In this document: piece by piece, positions 27,699 to 37,752 of the stretch
Layout of the letters: each line of letters begins with the position of its first letter
Numbering within the stretch: position 1 is the stretch's first letter
Source of the DNA: a virus
Taxonomy: Duplodnaviria > Caudoviricetes
Strand: one strand, 5' to 3'
DNA: 64,000 nucleotides
IMG/VR virus record: IMGVR_UViG_3300033068_000963
Span: 1 to 64,000 of that record
Position numbers and translations under genes: made by a program
Notes under the pieces: generated by a model
Database searches by the model: none
Seen by the model: the letters and a program-made list of their open reading frames with translations, nothing else
What the model was told of the DNA's origin: nothing

Positions 27699-28139
27699 AT
27701 GGCCAAGCCGAAGCCCGACGACAAGCTCGCCAAGACCGTCTGGATCGATCGCGGCTGGCAACCGACCTTCATCGGGTTCTGCCCGTCACGCAAAGCCTGG
27801 AAGCGCGAGATGCGCCGCCTGGGCGTCAAGAACGAACCCTATCCTGACAGCGCCGGCCGCTGCACCACCTTCGACAGCAAGGGCAAGGTCTGCATCATCG
27901 TCACCATTCGCGAGGGCTGCGAAAAGCGCCACTCGCGGACGGAGATCGCCGGACTGATCTGCCACGAGGCGACGCACGCCTGGCAGAAGGTCCGCGAGGT
28001 GATGGGCGAGACCGACCCCTCCATCGAGTTTGAGGCCTACTCCATGCAAGCCATCTTCCAGAACCTCTATCAGGCCTGGCTCGACACCCGCTGCCCGGCG
28101 GAGATGAAGGCCGCCTGCGCGAAGACGGTGGAGGCCTGA
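27699..28139 (+). CDS. HExxH-motif protein
   Basis: CHEATH....EFEAY. Confidence 0.65.
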   Translation: MAKPKPDDKLAKTVWIDRGWQPTFIGFCPSRKAWKREMRRLGVKNEPYPDSAGRCTTFDSKGKVCIIVTIREGCEKRHSRTEIAGLICHEATHAWQKVREVMGETDPSIEFEAYSMQAIFQNLYQAWLDTRCPAEMKAACAKTVEA

Positions 28140-28468
28140 TGACCCACGTCCTCGACCGCTTCATCTCGCGGACCACGCTGCCGGACCACGGCATGGTCGT
28201 CGGCCTGATCGACGTCCCGGGCGCCGGCCGCCGCGTCGCGACCTGGGATGGGCTGGAGAGCCGCCACATGTCCGCCGCTGCAGCCCGTCGGCTCGCCGAG
28301 AGCCTGATGGAAGGCGAGGCGGCTGTCGCCCTGAGTCCCGTCGCCGAGGCGCTGCTGGATAAGGCCGACCTCGCCGATCCGCTTGAGGCCACGTCTCCCG
28401 AGCCCATGCGCGACGCCCGCGCCGGTTTCACTGGCAATCTGCCTGACCTGAAGGGGGCGAACTCATGA
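28139..28468 (+). CDS. Hypothetical protein
   Basis: Coupled ORF. Confidence 0.6.
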   Translation: MTHVLDRFISRTTLPDHGMVVGLIDVPGAGRRVATWDGLESRHMSAAAARRLAESLMEGEAAVALSPVAEALLDKADLADPLEATSPEPMRDARAGFTGNLPDLKGANS

Positions 28469-28761
28469 TCCTCGCTCGCTTCACGAAGGCGCTGACGCAG
28501 GACCCGCGCTGGCCGCACCTGGCAGCCGCGCTCACGCCGGTGCTCAACGTCTTCGCCGGCGAGACCGTCTGGTTCTGCCCGCCTTCGGAAGATGGTGAGA
28601 TCGCGGTTCTGATGTCCGACAAGCCCGCCGACGACCGGCCGCGCCTGTACGACCTGAACAATGACACTTTCCGCCCGGCGACGCAGGACGACTTGGACGG
28701 CCTGATCGCCACCATCCGGAAGCAGCGCGACGAGCTGCGTGATCTGAAGCCCGCGACCTGA
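28465..28761 (+). CDS. Hypothetical protein
   Basis: Coupled to the portal gene. Confidence 0.6.
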   Translation: MILARFTKALTQDPRWPHLAAALTPVLNVFAGETVWFCPPSEDGEIAVLMSDKPADDRPRLYDLNNDTFRPATQDDLDGLIATIRKQRDELRDLKPAT

Positions 28762-31007
28762 TGGCCCGCTCCGACCGCGAGAAGGTGGAACTGACCGGCG
28801 ACGAGGCGATCCTTGAGGAGGCGCGCGAAGCCTACGAGCTCGCCTGCGAAGTCGAGAACGAAAACCGCCTCGACGCCATGGACGACATCAAGTTTGCCCG
28901 GCTCGGCGAGCAGTGGCCGGAGAAGGTCAAGCGCGACCGTGAACTCGACGGACGGCCCTGCCTGACCATCAACCGCCTCCCGGCCTTCATCCGCCAGGTG
29001 GTCAACGACGCGCGCCAGAACAAGCCGGCCATCGCCGTTCACCCCGTCGACTCCGGGTCCGACCCTGAGACCGCCGAAATCTTCTCCGGCCTGATCCGCA
29101 ACATCGAGCAGTCCAGCGACGCCGAAGTCGCCTATGACACCGCCCTCGACTTCGCGGTGACCGGCGGGTTCGGGTATTTCCGCATCAACACCCGCTACAC
29201 CTCCGACGACAGCTTCGAGCAGGACTTGGTCATCGAGCGGGTGAGCAACCCGTTCAGCGTCTACGGCGACCCCAACAGCATGTCGGCCGATAGCGCCGAC
29301 TGGAACTGCGCGTTCGTCGTCGAGAGCATGCCCAAGGCGCAGTTCGAGAAGCGCTGGAAGGGCGCCGAGGCGGTTGACTGGCAGGTCAGTGGCTACGCCA
29401 GCCTGCAAGGCCCCTGGATGGACGGCGACCGCGTTCTGGTGGCCGAATACTGGAAGCGCGAGGAGGTCCCCCGCAAGATCGTCGCCCTGTCGGACGGCCA
29501 GGTCGTCGGGCTCGATGTCTACACCGCGCAGAAGGCCAACTTCGACGCGCTCGGCGTGACCATCGTCGGCAAGCCGCGCGAGATCACGTCGAAGAAGGTC
29601 ACCCAGTACATCATGACCGGCGCCGAACTGCTGGAAACGGTGGAGTGGGCCGGCAAGTACATCCCGATTGTCCCGGTCTACGGCGAAGAGCTCGTCGTCG
29701 ACGGCAAGCGCCATCTCCGCTCCCTGGTGCGCGACGCCAAGGACCCGCAGCGGATGTTCAACTACTGGCGCACGACCTCCACCGAACTGGTGGCCCTGGC
29801 GCCGAAGGCTCCGTTCATCGGCAAGAAGGGCGCGTTCGAGACCGACTCTGCCAAGTGGGCGACCGCGAACGTCCAGACCCACGCCTATATCGAGTATGAC
29901 GGGGCGGAAGCCCCCCAACGCCAACCGTTCAGCGGCGTCCCGGCCGGGGCGATCCAAGAGAGCCTCAACGCCGCCGACGACATGAAGTCCATCATGGGGC
30001 TGCATGATGCCTCGCTGGGCGCCCGGAGCAACGAGACCTCGGGCCGGGCGATCATGGCCCGCCAGCGCGAGGGCGACGTCTCCACCTTCCACTATATCGA
30101 CAACCTGTCCCGCTCGATCCGCCACGCCGGCCGGATCCTGATCGACCTCATTCCGAAGGTCTACTCGACGGCCCGCATGGTCCGCGTCCTGGGACCCGAC
30201 GGAAAGCCGCATCAGGTCCCGCTCAAGAAGCCCGTGACGATCGACAAGAAGGACGAGAACGGCCAGGTCGAGCAGATCACCCGCACCTTCGACCTCGCCG
30301 TGGGAAAGTACGACGTCACGGTCTCGGCCGGGCCTTCGTTCACCTCGCGTCGTGAGGAAGCGGCGACCCAGATGATCGAGCTGATCCGCGCCTATCCGCC
30401 GGCGGCTCCGGTGATCGGCGACCTGCTGGCCCGCAACCTCGACTGGCCCGGCGCCGATGAAGTCGCCACCCGCCTGCGCGCCCTGGTTCCGCCGGAAGCG
30501 CGCGGCGATGGCGCGGCTCCGAACCCCGAGGTCGAGCAGGCCAAGGTCGTGGTGCAGCAACTCCAGGCCCAAGGCGCTCAGATGGCCGAGGAGTTGAAGG
30601 CCGCGCAAGCCGAGCTGAAGGCCAAGGAAGCCGACCACGCCCTGGCGATGCGGAAACTGGACATCGAGGCCCAAGCCAAGGCTGCGAGCGCCGCGAACGA
30701 CGCCAAGAAGCTGGCGATCGAAGCCTTCAACGCTGAGACCACGCGGATGCGGGCCCTTGCGCCGAAGGGCGTGGCTCTCGACCCCAACGCGGTCGCGCCG
30801 GTCGCGGATCGCTCGCTGGATCAAATCGCCAACAGCCCCGACATCCTGCCCCCCGCCGCCGGAGAGCTCGGCGATGAAGAGGAAGGCCAGGCCCGCGAGA
30901 TGGCCGAGGGCTCGAACGAAATGGCGGAGGAGGGCGAGGAGCCCGCCGAGCCGAACGAAATCTCCGACGCGATGCCGCCCGCGGCGTCCGATCTGGAAGA
31001 CGCCTAG
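28761..31007 (+). CDS. P22-like portal protein
   Basis: GEQWP..RP.LTIN; KDPQRMFNYW; SG.AI.ARQ; GKYDV. Confidence 0.93.
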   Translation: MARSDREKVELTGDEAILEEAREAYELACEVENENRLDAMDDIKFARLGEQWPEKVKRDRELDGRPCLTINRLPAFIRQVVNDARQNKPAIAVHPVDSGSDPETAEIFSGLIRNIEQSSDAEVAYDTALDFAVTGGFGYFRINTRYTSDDSFEQDLVIERVSNPFSVYGDPNSMSADSADWNCAFVVESMPKAQFEKRWKGAEAVDWQVSGYASLQGPWMDGDRVLVAEYWKREEVPRKIVALSDGQVVGLDVYTAQKANFDALGVTIVGKPREITSKKVTQYIMTGAELLETVEWAGKYIPIVPVYGEELVVDGKRHLRSLVRDAKDPQRMFNYWRTTSTELVALAPKAPFIGKKGAFETDSAKWATANVQTHAYIEYDGAEAPQRQPFSGVPAGAIQESLNAADDMKSIMGLHDASLGARSNETSGRAIMARQREGDVSTFHYIDNLSRSIRHAGRILIDLIPKVYSTARMVRVLGPDGKPHQVPLKKPVTIDKKDENGQVEQITRTFDLAVGKYDVTVSAGPSFTSRREEAATQMIELIRAYPPAAPVIGDLLARNLDWPGADEVATRLRALVPPEARGDGAAPNPEVEQAKVVVQQLQAQGAQMAEELKAAQAELKAKEADHALAMRKLDIEAQAKAASAANDAKKLAIEAFNAETTRMRALAPKGVALDPNAVAPVADRSLDQIANSPDILPPAAGELGDEEEGQAREMAEGSNEMAEEGEEPAEPNEISDAMPPAASDLEDA

Positions 31008-31051
31008 CCGCCAAGCCATCCCGGCAGCGGCCCCACACCCCTGAGGATCTG

Positions 31052-32143
31052 ATGACCGAACAAGCCAGCGACCAAGCGGTTGCGGCCGAGGCGTCGCGCC
31101 TGGACCGTATCGCAGTCGCCCCCCGCGCCATGCTCTTCGCCTCCACTGCGTTCAACCCGATGCTCCGCGGCCCTCAGGTCGCCTATGCGCCGGAAGATGA
31201 CGGCGGTCAGGCGACGGAAGGTGAGGGGGTCGCGGCCGAAACCGCCACCGACACCCAGGAGATCGACCCGGACCGCATGGCGGCGCCGGAAGAGCCCGAG
31301 ATCGACCCGGAGACTGGTGAGCCCAGGACCCCCGAGACGGTTGTGGCTGATGACGACCACGAGGAAGTCGAGCACGACGGGCAGAAGTACAAGCTGCCCA
31401 AGGCGCTCAAGCCCCTGCTGCTGATGCAGGCCGACTACACCAAGAAGACCCAGGAACTGGCCGAGACCCGGCGGACCGCAGACGCTGAGATCGCGTCCAA
31501 GCGTGAAGCCGCCGCCGAAGAGGCCAAAACCCTGCTCTCCGAGGTTCAGGCCGAAGTCGGCAAGGTCCACGTCCTGAAGACCAACATCGACGCGTTCGAG
31601 AAGGTCGACTGGGACGCGGCCTGGGCGGAAGCCGAGGCGGCCGAGAACCCCGCCAAGGCCAGCGCGGAGGTCTCCAAGGCCTGGAACCAGTACCAGCGGC
31701 TGCAAGGCGACCTGAAAGCCGCCGAGTCCGCCCTGGAGACCAAGAAAACCGACCTGCAGAAGTCCGCCGAGCAAGGCCTCGCCACTCGGATGCAGGAAGT
31801 CGGCGTCACCCTGGCCCGGGAAATCCCCGGCTGGAGCCAGGAGACCGCCGGCAAGATCATGGAGACCGGAAAGGAAATCGGTCTCGAAGTTTCGGACTTC
31901 GCCGTCATGGACGATCCCCGCGCCTGGAAGGGCCTCTATGCCCTCCACACGGCTCGACAAGAGATCGCTGCCCTGAAGACGAAGCTCGAGCAGAAATCCA
32001 AGGCCACCGATCACGTCGCAGCGCAGACGACAACGCCCGCCAAGACCGTCGCCGGAAAGACCGGGGCGGCAACTGGGCCGAGCGATCGTCAGAGCACCGA
32101 CGCGTGGATGGCCGCCCGCAACGCCGCAAAAGCCAAGCGCTAG
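31052..32143 (+). CDS. Scaffolding protein
   Basis: Acidic N-terminus, MQADYTKKTQ, position between portal and coat. Confidence 0.85.
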   Translation: MTEQASDQAVAAEASRLDRIAVAPRAMLFASTAFNPMLRGPQVAYAPEDDGGQATEGEGVAAETATDTQEIDPDRMAAPEEPEIDPETGEPRTPETVVADDDHEEVEHDGQKYKLPKALKPLLLMQADYTKKTQELAETRRTADAEIASKREAAAEEAKTLLSEVQAEVGKVHVLKTNIDAFEKVDWDAAWAEAEAAENPAKASAEVSKAWNQYQRLQGDLKAAESALETKKTDLQKSAEQGLATRMQEVGVTLAREIPGWSQETAGKIMETGKEIGLEVSDFAVMDDPRAWKGLYALHTARQEIAALKTKLEQKSKATDHVAAQTTTPAKTVAGKTGAATGPSDRQSTDAWMAARNAAKAKR

Positions 32144-32223
32144 AGCGGACACCCCTCAACGCCCGTCGAGAGACGCGCCAATCCCAGCGCCCGGCCTAGG
32201 CCCGGCCCGAAGGACCCCTTCCT

Positions 32224-33426
32224 ATGCCCAACACCATCCTGACTCCGACCGCAGTGACCCGCGAGGCCCTCCGCGTTCTTCACCAGAAGCTGAACTTCGT
32301 GGGCTCCATCGTCCGCGACTATGACGACAGCTTCGCCAAGCAGGGCGCCAAGATCGGCGACACCCTGAAGGTGCGCCTGCCCAACGAGTACGTCGTCCGC
32401 ACCGGCATGGTGATGGACGTTCAGCCGACGGTCGAGACCTCCGTCGACCTGAAGGTTCAGACCGTCAAGGGTGTCGACCTCAACTTCACCGACGTCGACC
32501 TGACCCTGAGCCTGGACGACTTCTCCGACCGCATCCTTGAGCCGGCGATGGCCCGCCTGGCCGCCAACATCGAGGCCGACGCGCTCACGATGTACAAGGA
32601 CGTCTACCAGCAGGTGAACAACACCGGCGCCGCGGCCACCTTCGCCAAGGTGCTGCAGGGCCGGAAGATGCTGGTGGACTCCCTGGCGCCGGTCGATAAG
32701 CGCACCGCCCTGCTCAACACCCAGGACAACGTCGATCTGGTCGACGCCCTGAAGGGTCTGTTCAACGACAAGGACTCGCTGAGCAAGCAGTACCGCGAAG
32801 GCTACATGGGCCGCACCGCCGGCTTCGACTTCGCTGAGAACACCCTGATCCCGTCGCACACTCGCGGCGCGGAGGACACCGCCTACACCACGTCGACGCT
32901 CGTCGCTGCGATGCCGGTGTCTTCGACGGCCAAGTCGACCATCACCGTCGCCTCGGGTACGGGCGCCGGCAAGAAGGGCGACGTCTTCACCATCGACGGC
33001 GTCTTCCGCGTCCACCCGGAGTCGAAGGCCTCGACCGGCGTGAAGCAGCAGTTCGTCCTGACCGCCGACTATGTGGGCGGCGCGGGCGACATGTCGATCG
33101 CTCCGGCCATCGTCCTGGCCGGCGGCGCGCAGAACGTGACCATCCCCTCGACCTCGGCCACCGCCGCGCTCACCTGGGCTGGGACCGCCTCGGCCGCGCA
33201 CGGCATTTCCCTGGTCTACCAGCGCGAGGCCTTCGCCTTCGCCTCGGCGGACTTGGTCATGCCCAAGGGCGTCGATTTCGCCGCTCGCGAGAACTACGAC
33301 GGCGTGTCCATGCGCATCGTGCGCCAGTTCGACATCAACAACGGCAACTACCCCTGCCGCCTTGATGTCCTCTACGGCTTCAAGACCCTGCGTCCCCAGC
33401 TCGCCGCGCGCCTGGCCAACAACTAG
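32224..33426 (+). CDS. P22-like major capsid protein
   Basis: KIGDTLKVRLP; AFAFAS.DL; CRLDVLYG. Confidence 0.93.
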   Translation: MPNTILTPTAVTREALRVLHQKLNFVGSIVRDYDDSFAKQGAKIGDTLKVRLPNEYVVRTGMVMDVQPTVETSVDLKVQTVKGVDLNFTDVDLTLSLDDFSDRILEPAMARLAANIEADALTMYKDVYQQVNNTGAAATFAKVLQGRKMLVDSLAPVDKRTALLNTQDNVDLVDALKGLFNDKDSLSKQYREGYMGRTAGFDFAENTLIPSHTRGAEDTAYTTSTLVAAMPVSSTAKSTITVASGTGAGKKGDVFTIDGVFRVHPESKASTGVKQQFVLTADYVGGAGDMSIAPAIVLAGGAQNVTIPSTSATAALTWAGTASAAHGISLVYQREAFAFASADLVMPKGVDFAARENYDGVSMRIVRQFDINNGNYPCRLDVLYGFKTLRPQLAARLANN

Positions 33427-33451
33427 GGCCGACCTCACCCATGAACCTCTG

Positions 33452-33482
33452 GGCCGCTCCGAGCGGGCGGCCCGCTTTTCTT
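33452..33482 (+). terminator. Terminator-like hairpin after the coat gene
   Basis: gggccgc..gcggccc followed by gcttttc. Confidence 0.5.
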
Positions 33483-33498
33483 GAAAGGAACCGAGGCA

Positions 33499-33738
33499 AT
33501 GGCCATCGGCAAGTATCTCTCTGACGGCAACCCTGACGGCACCTCTCTGGGCCAGTCGACCTCCGATCTGATCCACCTCTACGGCGGGACCGCTGTTTCC
33601 CAGCGCGCCGCCGCCGCCCAGGCCACGTCCCTGATCGGCACCGCCTCGACCACGGCGCTCACGACCGAGCACAAGGCGTTCCTGATCGAGGTGGGCAACA
33701 CCCTCACCGCGATCGGCGCCTGGAAGGGCGCGGCTTAA
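33499..33738 (+). CDS. Small head-associated (decoration-like) protein
   Basis: Follows the coat gene; AAAGGA RBS. Confidence 0.6.
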   Translation: MAIGKYLSDGNPDGTSLGQSTSDLIHLYGGTAVSQRAAAAQATSLIGTASTTALTTEHKAFLIEVGNTLTAIGAWKGAA

Positions 33739-34532
33739 TGACGGACGCCCCGGACGGCTCGCCCCGTCCGGGGCTTCTGCCTATCTTCGGTGAGAAGCCC
33801 ACGGACCCCTTCGTCGTCATCTGCACGCCGACGATCACCAAGCCCTATCCGCAGTATCTGGACGCCCTGGAGGCCTCGCTTCCTCTGCTGGAAGCCGCGG
33901 GTATCCGCCACGCAAGCGTCAACACCGTCGGCTCGCCCTACATCTCCTGCGCGCGGGCCGAAATGCTTCGCAAGGCGCTCGACGCCAAGGCCGACATCAT
34001 CGTCTTCATCGACCACGACCTGTCGTGGGACCCGGAAGACCTTCGCATCCTGATCGAGACCGAGGGCGATGTCGTCGCCGGGACCTATCGGTTCAAGATC
34101 GACGAAGAGTCCTACATGGGCACGATCAAGGTGAACCACATCACCACCAAGCCGCTCCTGCGAGAGAGCGACGGCGCCATCCGCGCCAACCTCATGCCGG
34201 CCGGCTTCCTGAAAGTCACCAAAGAGGCGGTCCACCGCTTCATGGAGGCCTATCCCGAGCTCTGCTTCGGGCCGAAGTTCAACCCCAGCGTCGACCTGTT
34301 CAACCACGGCGCCCACGACGGCCAGTGGTGGGGCGAGGACTACGCCTTCTGCCGGCGCTGGAACGCGCTTGGCGGTGAGGTCTGGCTCGTCCCGAACCTC
34401 AACCTGACCCACCACAGCGCCGACCAGGCGTTCCCCGGGAATTTCCTCGACTACAGCATGCGGCGCCCTGGTGGCGCTCGCGAGGGGCTCAAGCCCTGGT
34501 GGGTCGAGCAATCCCTGAAATCCGCGGCCTAG
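33738..34532 (+). CDS. GT-A fold (GT2-like) glycosyltransferase
   Basis: VICTP, ISCAR, FIDHD (DxD), AGFLKV, GEDYAFC.RW and L.H. Confidence 0.8.
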   Translation: MTDAPDGSPRPGLLPIFGEKPTDPFVVICTPTITKPYPQYLDALEASLPLLEAAGIRHASVNTVGSPYISCARAEMLRKALDAKADIIVFIDHDLSWDPEDLRILIETEGDVVAGTYRFKIDEESYMGTIKVNHITTKPLLRESDGAIRANLMPAGFLKVTKEAVHRFMEAYPELCFGPKFNPSVDLFNHGAHDGQWWGEDYAFCRRWNALGGEVWLVPNLNLTHHSADQAFPGNFLDYSMRRPGGAREGLKPWWVEQSLKSAA

Positions 34533-34554
34533 CCGCCAACCTCGAAGAGACCCC

Positions 34555-35145
34555 ATGGCCCGTCAATCCATCTTCTCCACCCCCACCCGCCTCTGGCATC
34601 CGACGCAGGGCTGGTTCACCTTCGGCATCGGCGAGCAGGATCCCGGCGCCTCCTGGTTCGAAAAGGAGGGCGGAGAGCCCGCCGGCGCCGCGACCACCAG
34701 CCAGGCGCTGAAGGACCTGATCGCCGCCCAGGATCAAATCGACCAGCGCGACAAGGCTCTGGCGGCCAAGGATCACGATCTGGCCCAAGCGTCCAAGGCC
34801 CGCGAGGAGGCCGAGGGTAAGGTGGAGGGACTGGAGCAGGCGCTCAAGGCCGCGGAGACTGAGCGCGATGACGCGATGTCCGCCGCTGAAGACCTGACCA
34901 AGGAGCGTGACGCCGGGATCCAGGCCCTCGAGGCGTTGCGCGCCACCATCACCACGCTCGAAGGCGATCTCGCCGGCGCCTCCAAGGCCCGTGACGAAGC
35001 TAACGAGAACGCCGGCCTCTACGCGGAGGAAGTCCAGAAGCTGGGCGACTGCGTGAAGGAGCTCGAGGCCGAGGTGGCGAAGGTGGACGGCGACGGAGAC
35101 GGCAAGGTCGGGGGCCGCAAGTCCAAGCCCGCCGAACCGGCCTGA
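34555..35145 (+). CDS. Coiled-coil protein with C-terminal DGDGDG motif
   Basis: Heptad-rich region; VDGDGDGKVGG. Confidence 0.7.
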   Translation: MARQSIFSTPTRLWHPTQGWFTFGIGEQDPGASWFEKEGGEPAGAATTSQALKDLIAAQDQIDQRDKALAAKDHDLAQASKAREEAEGKVEGLEQALKAAETERDDAMSAAEDLTKERDAGIQALEALRATITTLEGDLAGASKARDEANENAGLYAEEVQKLGDCVKELEAEVAKVDGDGDGKVGGRKSKPAEPA

Positions 35146-35174
35146 TCCAAACCACGGCGCGCGGAGGCTTCTAG

Positions 35175-35828
35175 ATGGCCCTGACCACCTATGCCGAACT
35201 CTCCGCCGCCGTGGCCGACTGGCTGGAGCGCGGCGACCTGACCTCTCGCATTCCCGACTTCATCGCGCTCACCGAAAGTCGCTTGAACCGGGAACTGAAG
35301 ATCAGGACCATCGAAACCACGGCGGCGCTCACGGGCGTCGTCGGTTCGCGTTTCATCGCTCTGCCGGCCAGTTTCCGTGAACCGCAGAACCTCTGGCGCT
35401 CCCCGGTCGACGGCCGGCGGGAGCCGCTGCGCTTCGTCACGCCAGAACTGATGCAGGCCGACACCACCCAGGGGGAGCCCCTGCAGTGGGGGATCGACGG
35501 GACCAACATCGCCTTCGAGCGGCCCTGCGATCAGGCCTACACCTTCGCCCTGCGCTATCTCGGCGTGCTGGACCTGGCGACGACGCTGACCAACCTCGTC
35601 CTGACCGAATACCCGGACCTCTACCTCTTCGGCGCGTGCTGCGAGGCTGGGCCGTTCCTGCGGGATAACGACCTGCTGACCATCTTCGACACCCGGTTCA
35701 AGGAGGCGCTCGCCCAGGCCAAGGCCAAGGAGTCGAGCAACAAGGCGGCTGTCACGCTGTCGACGGAACCTGCCTTGCTGGTCGGGCGCCGCAACCGAGA
35801 CGGCTTCGACATCAGGACCGGGACATGA
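35175..35828 (+). CDS. Head-tail adaptor protein
   Basis: TYAEL..AVADWL.R.DL...IPDFI.L.E; YPDLYL.G. Confidence 0.8.
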   Translation: MALTTYAELSAAVADWLERGDLTSRIPDFIALTESRLNRELKIRTIETTAALTGVVGSRFIALPASFREPQNLWRSPVDGRREPLRFVTPELMQADTTQGEPLQWGIDGTNIAFERPCDQAYTFALRYLGVLDLATTLTNLVLTEYPDLYLFGACCEAGPFLRDNDLLTIFDTRFKEALAQAKAKESSNKAAVTLSTEPALLVGRRNRDGFDIRTGT

Positions 35829-36070
35829 TCGTCGATCCCGTCGGCCCAGATGTTCCGGCGGCCCTGGCGCCGCTGCTGACCTCCATGCGCGACGCGATCA
35901 TGGAACTATTCACGCCGACTGAGCCGCGGTCCGCCTTTCCGACCCTGGAAGCCGATCTGCCTCCCGCCGCCGCCTGGCCTTCAACCGTCGTGCTCGTCAC
36001 CGACCTCAACGTCCTGGCCCACTCCGACGGTTCGGACTGGATCCGGGCCGATACTGGAGCGCCGATCTAA
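35825..36070 (+). CDS. Small virion protein
   Basis: AHSDGSDW motif; coupled. Confidence 0.6.
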   Translation: MIVDPVGPDVPAALAPLLTSMRDAIMELFTPTEPRSAFPTLEADLPPAAAWPSTVVLVTDLNVLAHSDGSDWIRADTGAPI

Positions 36071-36651
36071 TGCCCTCTTCGTATACCGCCTCGCTGAGGT
36101 TCGAGCTGCAGGGCGTTGGGGAGAACCTCAACACCTGGGGCGTGCGCCTGAACAGCGCCCTGTCGCGGATCGACAAGGCCATCGCTGGCTTCACCACAAT
36201 CGCCCTGACCGCCGACTATGCGCTTACGAGCTCCAACGGGGATGATGAGGCGCGCTCAGCGCTCCTGAAGTTCACCGGAGCGGGGCCGTGGGATGTCACC
36301 ATTCCGTCGGTCAGCAAGCAATACCTGATCTGGAACGCCTGCACGGCGGCGCTGACGATCACCACGGGCGCGGGCTCCACCGTCACCCTCGACCCCGGCG
36401 CCAAGGTGGTCGTGTTCTGCGATGGGACCAATGTCAACGAGCTCGGCTTCGCGGGGCTCGGCCTCAAGACCTACATCGACAGCGCCGTCTTGGCCGCGAC
36501 CGGCTCTCTCCCCGCCACGACAGGAAACGCCGGCAAGTTCCTCTTCTGCGACGGATCAACTTGGTATCCGAAAGCTCCCGTCGCCGCCGACATCACCGAC
36601 TTCAACGACAAGGTTGATGCTCGCGCCATCGCCTTCGCCATCGCCCTTTAG
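36070..36651 (+). CDS. Tail-associated protein
   Basis: GEN.NTWG..LN; CDGTNV. Confidence 0.7.
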   Translation: MPSSYTASLRFELQGVGENLNTWGVRLNSALSRIDKAIAGFTTIALTADYALTSSNGDDEARSALLKFTGAGPWDVTIPSVSKQYLIWNACTAALTITTGAGSTVTLDPGAKVVVFCDGTNVNELGFAGLGLKTYIDSAVLAATGSLPATTGNAGKFLFCDGSTWYPKAPVAADITDFNDKVDARAIAFAIAL

Positions 36652-36660
36652 GATCTGATC

Positions 36661-37071
36661 ATGGCCGGCACTCCGAACGAAATCATCACGCCCCAAGGGA
36701 TCCGGACGGCGCAGCAGACCTGCACTGCCGCGAAGACCACCTATGCCGATGCGACCAACGCCCTTCTGCTTCTCACGGGCGCCGCGAACGGGAGCATCAT
36801 CTACAAGCTCACCGGGTTGCCGAAGGGGACCACTGGGGCAGCTGGCCGCCTGCTTGTCTTCAGCTCCCTCAACGGCACGGACATGGTTCTGATCGGGACC
36901 GCGAACATCGCCGACTATACGCAATCGGTGAGCCTGGGCCCGGTTGCGGCTGACATTGGCTGGTCGGAAACGGCGCCTCGTCGGGTCGCTGCCGGTGAGC
37001 AGATTTGGGTCGCGACGAGCATTGCTGCGACGGCCGGCGTCGCCGTCGACTGCCAGCTCGAAGACCTCTAA
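36661..37071 (+). CDS. Tail-associated protein
   Basis: Thr/Ala-rich; structural cluster. Confidence 0.6.
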   Translation: MAGTPNEIITPQGIRTAQQTCTAAKTTYADATNALLLLTGAANGSIIYKLTGLPKGTTGAAGRLLVFSSLNGTDMVLIGTANIADYTQSVSLGPVAADIGWSETAPRRVAAGEQIWVATSIAATAGVAVDCQLEDL

Positions 37072-37752
37072 ATGACCCAAGGCATCGCGCGCCGCGACAT
37101 TGCTGGCCGCGCGGCAATCGCGCGCCGGCCCATCGCCAGCGTCTACGCAGACCAAAGCGCCCAGACGGCTGCGGCGAGCCCGCAGATGTTCCCGAGCGGC
37201 TCGTACACCTTCAGGCCGACCGTCTCGGGTCGCTGGAAGTTCGTGCTGTGGGGCGGCGGCGGCTATGTCAGCCCTGATGGGGGCGGCTCGGGCGCATACG
37301 CCGAGATCACCAAGTTCCTCACGACCGGCCAGACCGTCGCCCTCGTCACCGGTAGGGGCGCGAATACCGACGCGGCGGGGACCGATAGCACGGCGACATT
37401 TCCAGACGGGACCGTCGTCACGGCGGGCGCGGCATCGGGCAACACGGGCGGGGTCGCCACTGGCGGGGATGTCAATCTCGACGGCTCAGACGGCGGTCTC
37501 GACATAGACAGCAGTGCGGGCGGCAATGGCTTGGGGACTGGCGGCGGCGCTGGTGGCCCGGGGACAGGCGTCAACATCTACGGCGGCGGCGCGGGGGCGC
37601 CGGCCAATCTGCCGTTCCGCGGGGGAGCGGGCGGGAGCGGTCAAAACGTCGCCACGGGCCGCTCTCCCGGCGGCGGGTGCGCGTCTGGCGCCTATCCTGG
37701 GAAAATCTCCGGCGGCGATGGGCAGATCATCGCGTTCCTGGCGTCCAGCTAG
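37072..37752 (+). CDS. Glycine-rich tail fibre protein
   Basis: WGGGG..GGGSGAY and many Gly runs. Confidence 0.75.
   Translation: MTQGIARRDIAGRAAIARRPIASVYADQSAQTAAASPQMFPSGSYTFRPTVSGRWKFVLWGGGGYVSPDGGGSGAYAEITKFLTTGQTVALVTGRGANTDAAGTDSTATFPDGTVVTAGAASGNTGGVATGGDVNLDGSDGGLDIDSSAGGNGLGTGGGAGGPGTGVNIYGGGAGAPANLPFRGGAGGSGQNVATGRSPGGGCASGAYPGKISGGDGQIIAFLASS

Noticed and set aside
28428-33672. Very long minus-strand ORFs (863, 382 and 510 aa), and similar ones at 39871-44520 and 61252-62712
   Set aside because: Shadow frames opposite well-supported structural genes, expected from high GC3; no motifs.
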